A stretch of DNA of 32,000 bases from Dickeya dadantii NCPPB 898 (GTDB lineage: Bacteria; Pseudomonadota; Gammaproteobacteria; Enterobacterales; Enterobacteriaceae). Where the stretch lies: the NCBI RefSeq assembly GCF_000406145.1, contig NZ_CM001976.1, positions 867,260-899,259 of the forward strand. The letters are read 5' to 3'. The notes beneath the pieces were generated by a model. The model was given only the letters and a program-made list of their open reading frames with translations. It was not told the origin of the DNA and made no database searches. Positions 26,053 to 32,000 of the stretch are shown one piece after another (the first letter of the stretch is position 1; each line of letters opens with the position of its first letter). A program made the translations under genes and the position numbers.

Positions 26053-26931
26053 TCAGAATAATTTTTTCGACCAGCCGAGCTTGCTGCTTAATGTATTGAA
26101 GTAACTGTAATTTTCAGGATGTATTAGGTTCAGATGATACTGGCTGCGCTGGATTAGCACCTCTTCGCCCTCCTGTACCGGCAGCGAAATCTGGCTGTCG
26201 CAGCTGATTTCCAGGTCCTGGGTGATGTGGGAAAACTTCAGCCGGATAGAACTGCTGCTGTTTATCACCAGCGGCCGCGCCGACAAGGTGTGCGGAAACA
26301 TCGGCACCAGCGCGATCGCATCCAGCGAAGGGGTTAGGATCGGACCGCCGCCGGATAGCGAATAGGCGGTGGAGCCGGTAGGCGTAGAGATGATCAGACC
26401 GTCGGAGCGCTGGGAGAACGCGAATCTATCGTCAATATAGACTTCAAATTCAATCATGTGCGCTACTTTGCCCGGGTGCAGCACCACCTCGTTGATGGCG
26501 GTGCTGCTGCTGTTGGGGTGATTAGCGCGGCACACCTGTGCTTCCAGCATAAAACGCTGTTCGCGGATGTAACGCCCGGCCAGCACTTCGCTTAGCTGTT
26601 GCTGGGTATGATCCGGATCGAGGTCGGTAAGGAAACCGAGATTGCCGCGGTTGACGCCAATGACGTTGATATCGTAGCGCGACAGCACCCGCGCCGCGCC
26701 CAGCATGTTGCCGTCGCCGCCGACCACCACCGCCAGGTCCGCCTGCTGACCGATTTCCGACAGGCTGCCGGTGGCGGCGTCCGTTAGCTGCAACTCGCGG
26801 GCGATCTGCTGCTCGATCACCACGCGGTAACCCTGTGCGCGCAGCCAGTGATACAGCATTTCGTGGGTGGTCAGGGCATTTGGATGACGCGGGTGACCGA
26901 CAATGCCAATGCAGTTAAACGATCTGTTCAT
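26053..26931 (-). CDS. nadK: NAD kinase
   Basis: The 292-aa product carries the GGDGN motif ([18 protein letters not shown]) and the conserved C-terminal half. Confidence 0.95.
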   Translation of the reverse strand: MNRSFNCIGIVGHPRHPNALTTHEMLYHWLRAQGYRVVIEQQIARELQLTDAATGSLSEIGQQADLAVVVGGDGNMLGAARVLSRYDINVIGVNRGNLGFLTDLDPDHTQQQLSEVLAGRYIREQRFMLEAQVCRANHPNSSSTAINEVVLHPGKVAHMIEFEVYIDDRFAFSQRSDGLIISTPTGSTAYSLSGGGPILTPSLDAIALVPMFPHTLSARPLVINSSSSIRLKFSHITQDLEISCDSQISLPVQEGEEVLIQRSQYHLNLIHPENYSYFNTLSSKLGWSKKLF

Positions 26932-27011
26932 TTGGGTGCCTTATCCTCATGAGAGCACCGGAGGCTCACGGTTTTTGGACCGATAGCCGGACCAACAATA
27001 TGTGAGTGGTT

Positions 27012-27042
27012 CCCTTGAAACCCCGGTTTTGATCCCCATAAT
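27012..27042 (+). promoter_or_regulatory. Sigma32 heat-shock promoter of grpE
   Basis: CCCTTGAAA (27012-27020), a 13-nt spacer, then CCCCATAAT (27034-27042). This matches the sigma32 consensus CCCTTGAA-N13-14-CCCCATnT. Confidence 0.7.
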
Positions 27043-27084
27043 AAGCGAACTAGCGAGATGAATGCGAAAAACGCGGAGAATTTC

Positions 27085-27672
27085 ATGAGTAGTAAAGAAC
27101 AGAAGTCGCCTGACGAGCAAGTCTTGGATCAAAAGGGAGCAGCGGAAGGTCAGCAAACGGATGCCGTGCCTGAGACGACAGATGTCGCTGACCCGCGTGA
27201 TGAGCGTATCGCAGAATTGGAAGCTCAGCTGAACGATGCTCAGCAGCGTGAACGTGAAAGCGCGCTGCGCGCCCGCGCCGAAATGGAGAACATTCGCCGC
27301 CGTGCCGAGCTGGATGTGGAAAAAGCACATAAATTTGCCCTGGAGAAGTTTGCGGGCGAAATGTTGCCGGTGATCGACAATCTGGAGCGTGCGCTGGAGA
27401 TGGCGGACAAATCCAATGAAGCACTGTCGGGCATGATTGAAGGGGTCGAGCTGACGCTGAAAGCGATGCTTTCCGCCGTGAACAAGTTCGGTATTGAGGT
27501 AGTGGCGGATGTGAACGTGCCGTTTAATCCGGAAATTCATCAGGCCATGACCCTGCTTGAATCCGCCGATCACGCGCCGAACCATGTCATGATGGTGATG
27601 CAGAAGGGTTATACCCTGAATGGTCGTTTGTTGCGCCCGGCGATGGTTGCGGTGTCCAAAGCTAAGGAATAA
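27085..27672 (+). CDS. grpE: Nucleotide exchange factor GrpE
   Basis: The product starts [12 protein letters not shown] at ATG 27085, with GGAGAA 4 nt upstream. It is collinear with E. coli GrpE ([24 protein letters not shown] ... [17 protein letters not shown]). Confidence 0.95.
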   Translation: MSSKEQKSPDEQVLDQKGAAEGQQTDAVPETTDVADPRDERIAELEAQLNDAQQRERESALRARAEMENIRRRAELDVEKAHKFALEKFAGEMLPVIDNLERALEMADKSNEALSGMIEGVELTLKAMLSAVNKFGIEVVADVNVPFNPEIHQAMTLLESADHAPNHVMMVMQKGYTLNGRLLRPAMVAVSKAKE

Positions 27673-28008
27673 TCGTTTTCCGGCTTTCTCCGGGAAGCGG
27701 CCAGCAGGCTTCTTCCCGGATGCGTGTTGAGTGAATCGGCTCTGGTCGGTCTTTCTCTTCCTTTATTTCCCCTGGTATTTCCCTCGCCGCTCTCTCCCGG
27801 TGATTTCACGAAAACATTTTCCTGTTACTTATGCGTTTTTTCCTGACGTCATCACATGGTCGTTATTTATCCGCGTAATGCCGTGCCGGTCGTTTTTTTG
27901 TTTGTATTTTGTTAATCTTTATGTATTAAAACGTGTGTCGTTTGTCGGGTGAATGCATCATTATCATAGCCTATCAGAGCAATCATCGTTTCCATTCTAA
28001 ATGCACTT

Positions 28009-28021
28009 GATAATCATTATC
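28009..28021. promoter_or_regulatory. Fur-box-like element upstream of mntH
   Basis: GATAATCATTATC matches the 3' 13 nt of the Fur consensus GATAATGATAATCATTATC. It lies 47 nt upstream of the mntH ATG. Confidence 0.5.
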
Positions 28022-28067
28022 AACTTTGCGAGAGTAATAAAACAATAGTGTTAGAAGGGTTACTCAT

Positions 28068-29303
28068 ATGCCGGGGAGTCGTGTAGTGGAGTCAGTCAGC
28101 CGTACGTCAAGGAAGCTCAAGCTTTCACTGATGGGGCCGGCCTTTATCGCGGCGATCGGGTATATCGATCCCGGTAATTTCGCCACCAATATTCAGTCGG
28201 GCGCCGCCTACGGATATCAGTTGCTGTGGGTGGTGGTGTGGGCCAACCTGATGGCGATGTTGATTCAATTACTCTCCGCCAAACTGGGGATCGCCACCGG
28301 CAAGAATCTGGCGGAGCATATTCGCGATCGCTTTCCGAGACCCGCGGTCTGGGCCTACTGGGTGCAAGCCGAAATCATCGCTATGGCGACCGACCTGGCG
28401 GAGTTCATCGGCGCGGCGATCGGCTTTAAGTTATTGCTTGGCGTGTCGTTGCTGGAAGGCGCGATTCTCACCGGGATTGCCACTTTTCTGATTCTGACGT
28501 TGCAACAACGCGGGCAAAAACCGCTGGAGATGGTGATCGGCGGGTTGTTGCTGTTCGTGGCGGCGGCCTATATCGTCGAGCTGATTTTCTCTCGCCCGGA
28601 GCTGGCATCGCTGGCGAAAGGCATGGTGGTGCCGAGCCTGCCCAATTCCGACGCGGTGCTGCTGGCCGCCGGCGTGCTGGGTGCGACTATTATGCCGCAC
28701 GTGATTTACCTGCATTCGTCGCTGACGCAGCAACAAAGCAACATCACCCGTGCCGAGCGCTATTCCGCCACTAAGGTGGATGTCGCGGTGGCGATGACTA
28801 TCGCCGGGTTTGTGAATCTGGCGATGATGGCGACGGCGGCGGCGGCGTTTCACTTCAGCGGCAACACGTCGATTGCCGAGCTGGATCAGGCGTATCTGAC
28901 GCTGAAGCCCTTGCTGGGTCAGGCGGCGGCGACGATTTTCGGTTTGAGTCTGGTGGTGGCGGGGCTGTCTTCCACAGTGGTGGGGACGCTGGCCGGCCAG
29001 GTGGTGATGCAAGGGTTTGTGCGCTTCCATATTCCGCTGTGGGTTCGCCGCGTCGTGACCATGCTGCCGTCTTTTATCGTCATTCTGTCCGGGATGAATC
29101 CCACCCGGGTGTTGGTGTTAAGCCAGGTGCTGTTGAGTTTCGGTATTGCGCTGGCGTTGATTCCGCTGCTGGTTTTTACCGGCAACCGCGAACTGATGGG
29201 GTGCCTGGTGAACAGCCGCCGGGTACAGAATATTGGTAAAGTGATCGTCTGTATGGTGATCGCGCTCAATCTGTATCTGGTGCTGGATACGCTGCTGGGT
29301 TAA
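28068..29303 (+). CDS. mntH: NRAMP-family Mn2+/H+ symporter MntH
   Basis: The 411-aa product is collinear with E. coli MntH ([23 protein letters not shown] ... [17 protein letters not shown]). Confidence 0.95.
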   Translation: MPGSRVVESVSRTSRKLKLSLMGPAFIAAIGYIDPGNFATNIQSGAAYGYQLLWVVVWANLMAMLIQLLSAKLGIATGKNLAEHIRDRFPRPAVWAYWVQAEIIAMATDLAEFIGAAIGFKLLLGVSLLEGAILTGIATFLILTLQQRGQKPLEMVIGGLLLFVAAAYIVELIFSRPELASLAKGMVVPSLPNSDAVLLAAGVLGATIMPHVIYLHSSLTQQQSNITRAERYSATKVDVAVAMTIAGFVNLAMMATAAAAFHFSGNTSIAELDQAYLTLKPLLGQAAATIFGLSLVVAGLSSTVVGTLAGQVVMQGFVRFHIPLWVRRVVTMLPSFIVILSGMNPTRVLVLSQVLLSFGIALALIPLLVFTGNRELMGCLVNSRRVQNIGKVIVCMVIALNLYLVLDTLLG

Positions 29304-29324
29304 TTCGCTCGCTTGTGGTTTACG

Positions 29325-29362
29325 ACGCCTCCGCCGGTGATGGTCGGGGGCGTTTGTCTTTT
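29325..29362 (+). terminator. Rho-independent terminator after mntH
   Basis: ACGCCTCCG (29325-29333) pairs with CGGGGGCGT (29345-29353), with one G-U pair. It is followed by TTGTCTTTT. Confidence 0.6.
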
Positions 29363-29458
29363 CCGGTTCCGACTTTTCTGGTTTCGTCTTACGATCACGT
29401 GCATTCCGGTAAGCTCCGTCCTATTATCTGGGACTGATTTTTTTGATACAGAGATTCA

Positions 29459-30046
29459 ATGATGTCGTCGCCCATTACTATCCTTGATAAGCAATTGTTA
29501 TCCGATCACTGGTTCGTGCTGCATAAATATGTGTTCGATTTGAAACGTAAGAATGGCGGCATCGTGCGCCAGATGCGGGAAGTGTATGACCGTGGCAACG
29601 GCGCCGCGATCCTGCTTTACAACCGTGTCCGGGGAACCGTTGTACTGACAAGACAGTTCAGGATGCCGACGTACCTGAATGGCAATGAAAGCGGGATGCT
29701 GCTGGAAGCGTGCGCCGGTTTGCTGGATGATCAGTCGCCGGAACAGTGCATTCGTAATGAGGCGATCGAAGAAACCGGCTACCAGATAGGCGAAGTGGAG
29801 AAGTTGTTTGAAGCCTACATGTCGCCGGGCGGTATCACCGAGCTGGTGCACTTTTTTGCCGCGGAATATGACGATTCACAGCGTAAAACCAACGGCGGCG
29901 GCGTGGACGATGAAGATATCGAAGTGCTGGAACTGCCGTTTAACAATGCGCTGGCGATGATCAAGGACGGGCGTATCCGTGATGGTAAAACCATCATGCT
30001 GCTGCAGCATGCGCAAATTAACGGCTGGTTCGCCAACGTGCGCTAA
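29459..30046 (+). CDS. nudK: GDP-mannose pyrophosphatase NudK (Nudix hydrolase)
   Basis: It contains the Nudix box ([22 protein letters not shown]). It is collinear with E. coli NudK ([27 protein letters not shown]). Confidence 0.9.
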   Translation: MMSSPITILDKQLLSDHWFVLHKYVFDLKRKNGGIVRQMREVYDRGNGAAILLYNRVRGTVVLTRQFRMPTYLNGNESGMLLEACAGLLDDQSPEQCIRNEAIEETGYQIGEVEKLFEAYMSPGGITELVHFFAAEYDDSQRKTNGGGVDDEDIEVLELPFNNALAMIKDGRIRDGKTIMLLQHAQINGWFANVR

Positions 30047-30080
30047 CGACATATAAAAACTATAATATCAATACGATAGA

Positions 30081-30108
30081 CAACAAGGGGCCGGCTGGCC
30101 CCTTGTTG
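30081..30108. terminator. Hairpin terminator between convergent nudK and talA
   Basis: CAACAAGGGGCC-GGCT-GGCCCCTTGTTG is a 12-bp perfect stem. On the + strand it is followed by TTTGT. Confidence 0.7.
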
Positions 30109-30126
30109 TTTGTGGCGGAACCGTGT

Positions 30127-31077
30127 TTACAACCGGGCGGCCAGCAGATCTTCCAGTTTTTGCTGGTCGGCGGCAAACAGACGGATGCCTTCGGACAGTT
30201 TCTCCACCGCCATCGGATCCTGATTATGCTGCCAGCGGAATTCGGTTTCCGACAGCGGCGCCGGCTGATGGAAGCCTTCGGTTGACGGGCTGAGAATGCG
30301 TTCCACTGGCGTGGTGCTGTTTTTCAACTGTTCCAGTAACGGCGGGGCAATAGTCAGGCGATCGCACCCGGCCAGCGCCAGAATCTGTTCCACCTTGCGG
30401 AAGCTGGCGCCCATCACGATGGTGCGATAGCGATGCTGTTTGTAGTACTCGTAAATACGCCGCACCGACAGCACGCCCGGATCCTGTTCGGCATCGTAGT
30501 CGGCGGAGGGTTGTCTGGCCTGATACCAGTCGTAGATGCGGCCGACAAACGGCGAAATCAGATAGACGCCGGCTTCGGCGCAGGCGCGGGCCTGTGCAAA
30601 CGAAAACAGCAGCGTCAGGTTGCAGTTAATCCCTTCCTTTTCCAGTTCTTCGGCGGCGCGGATCCCTTCCCAGGTAGCCGCCAGCTTGATCAGAATTCGC
30701 GAGCGATGTACGTCCTTTTCCTCGTACATCGTCACCAGTTTGCGCGCTTTAGCCACACACATTCCGCGATCGAACGACAAACGGGCGTCCACTTCGGTGG
30801 AAATCCGTCCGGGAATACTTTTCAGCACTTCGGCGCCGATATTGACCGCCAGACGGTCGCCGGCGTTAATGAGCAGGGTTTCTCTGGACCCGCCCTGCTG
30901 GTGGGCGTAAGCCAGCGCATCGGCAAACAGCGGCTGATAAACCGGCAGGCTGGCGGCTTTTAGAATCAGGGATGGGTTGGTGGTGGCGTCCTGCGGTGAA
31001 AAGTGGCGAATAGATTCGATATCGCCGCTGTCTGCCACTACCACGGTGAATTGTTTCAATGCGTCTAGTTGGTTCAT
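30127..31077 (-). CDS. talA: Transaldolase A
   Basis: The product starts [37 protein letters not shown] and ends EDLLAARL, as in E. coli TalA. It is divergent from maeB as in E. coli. The start at ATG 31077 lies inside the longer track ORF. Confidence 0.9.
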   Translation of the reverse strand: MNQLDALKQFTVVVADSGDIESIRHFSPQDATTNPSLILKAASLPVYQPLFADALAYAHQQGGSRETLLINAGDRLAVNIGAEVLKSIPGRISTEVDARLSFDRGMCVAKARKLVTMYEEKDVHRSRILIKLAATWEGIRAAEELEKEGINCNLTLLFSFAQARACAEAGVYLISPFVGRIYDWYQARQPSADYDAEQDPGVLSVRRIYEYYKQHRYRTIVMGASFRKVEQILALAGCDRLTIAPPLLEQLKNSTTPVERILSPSTEGFHQPAPLSETEFRWQHNQDPMAVEKLSEGIRLFAADQQKLEDLLAARL

Positions 31078-31450
31078 GGTTTGGCTCCCAGAAGAGAAAA
31101 TTGGCGGAACCACCCTGCAGGATTCTGTGGCGCAATGACATGCGTTTTTTCTGATTGCAGTTATCAGCAGGGTGATCTCCGATGCCGTAACACAGGCTAA
31201 GCATAGTCAATTTGTGTTGGGCTCGGCTGGTGACAGGGGAGAGCACAGGGAGCGATATCATCGATATTTGGTGATGTTTGGCCAGGAAAACAGTCGTTAT
31301 GGTGAGTGATTTTCAATCTCATTAATTAACTATATTAAGCGGTATTCCGTTGCGGATTTTGTAATGCTTCATGGTTTCGAAAATCACAGACACGGTACAC
31401 TGAGCGACTCGCCACCCTACCCACAAAGCGATAAGACAAGGTAATAAACT

Positions 31451-32000
31451 ATGGATGAACAACTGAAGCAAAGCGCACTGGACTTCCATCAATATCCGGT
31501 GCCGGGAAAAATCCAGGTCTCCCCGACCAAACCGCTGGCCACGCAGCGCGACCTGGCGCTGGCCTATTCCCCGGGCGTTGCTGCGCCTTGTCTGGAAATA
31601 GCTGAAGACCCGCTGGCGGCTTACAAATATACCGCGCGCGGCAATCTGGTGGCGGTGATCTCCAACGGTACCGCGGTGCTGGGGCTGGGCAACATCGGCG
31701 CGCTGGCCGGCAAGCCGGTGATGGAAGGCAAAGGGGTGCTGTTCAAGAAGTTCTCCGGCGTCGATGTGTTCGATATCGAAGTGGACGAGCAGGATCCGGA
31801 CAAGCTGATCGACGTGATCGCGGCGCTGGAGCCCACTTTCGGCGGCATCAACCTGGAAGATATCAAGGCGCCCGAGTGCTTCTACATCGAGCAGAAGCTG
31901 CGTGAGCGCATGAAGATTCCGGTATTCCACGACGATCAGCACGGCACAGCTATCATCTGTACCGCGGCGGTGCTTAACGGCCTGCGCGTGGTGGAAAAAC
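31451..32000 (+). CDS. maeB: NADP-dependent malic enzyme MaeB, N-terminal part (3' end outside window)
   Basis: The ATG at 31451 gives [50 protein letters not shown]..., near-identical to E. coli MaeB. The frame is open to the window edge. The gene is absent from the ORF track; a spurious antisense ORF is listed there instead. Confidence 0.95.
   Translation, partial: MDEQLKQSALDFHQYPVPGKIQVSPTKPLATQRDLALAYSPGVAAPCLEIAEDPLAAYKYTARGNLVAVISNGTAVLGLGNIGALAGKPVMEGKGVLFKKFSGVDVFDIEVDEQDPDKLIDVIAALEPTFGGINLEDIKAPECFYIEQKLRERMKIPVFHDDQHGTAIICTAAVLNGLRVVEK

Noticed and set aside
26947-27585. 212-aa - strand ORF
   Set aside because: It is antisense to grpE and its sigma32 promoter, and has no independent support.
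28431-29030. 199-aa - strand ORF
   Set aside because: It is antisense to mntH, and its composition is an His/Arg/Gln-rich artefact.
31322-31942. 206-aa - strand ORF
   Set aside because: It is antisense to maeB, whose + strand frame is near-identical to E. coli MaeB and runs open to the window edge.

Overview
Enterobacterial chromosome segment. Gene order and a tmRNA tag reading ANDENFAPAALAA suggest a Pectobacteriaceae-like host, but taxonomy was not verified. The right third (about 22.0-32.0 kb) is ordinary conserved core: ssrA-smpB, ratA-rnfH, bamE, recN (two SOS boxes), nadK, grpE (sigma32 promoter), mntH, nudK, talA and the 5' part of maeB. Everything left of the ssrA 3' end is mosaic accessory DNA made of four compositionally different blocks. 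(i) 1-5.6 kb is a very GC-rich Trb/P-type conjugative T4SS module (trbE-J-L-F-G-I) that continues off the left edge; trbG appears frame-disrupted, and a single ORF fusing ParD-like and ParE-like parts follows. (ii) 6.3-14.6 kb is an AT-rich block of four large genes with no assignable known system. They are a Pol-beta-type nucleotidyltransferase fused to an alpha/beta-hydrolase, a translationally coupled pair (300-aa helical protein plus 559-aa protein with an Mrr-like N-terminal domain), and a convergent 1023-aa NACHT/STAND NTPase with five predicted TM helices. An 8 x 8-bp tandem repeat lies between the convergent genes. This block is my best candidate for an undescribed conflict or defence system. 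(iii) 14.6-19.15 kb is AT-rich T6SS cargo joined inside vgrG: a DUF4123 adaptor, an unknown 128-aa protein, a WHH-type HNH nuclease effector, a SUKH immunity protein, a Cdc123/D123-like ATP-grasp protein and PAAR. (iv) 19.15-21.3 kb is GC-rich and holds the vgrG core and hcp, with a consensus sigma54 promoter and upstream direct repeats. No integrase, transposase, CRISPR array or repeat of the ssrA 3' end was seen in the window. All protein-family calls rest on motif recognition by eye, with no database searches.
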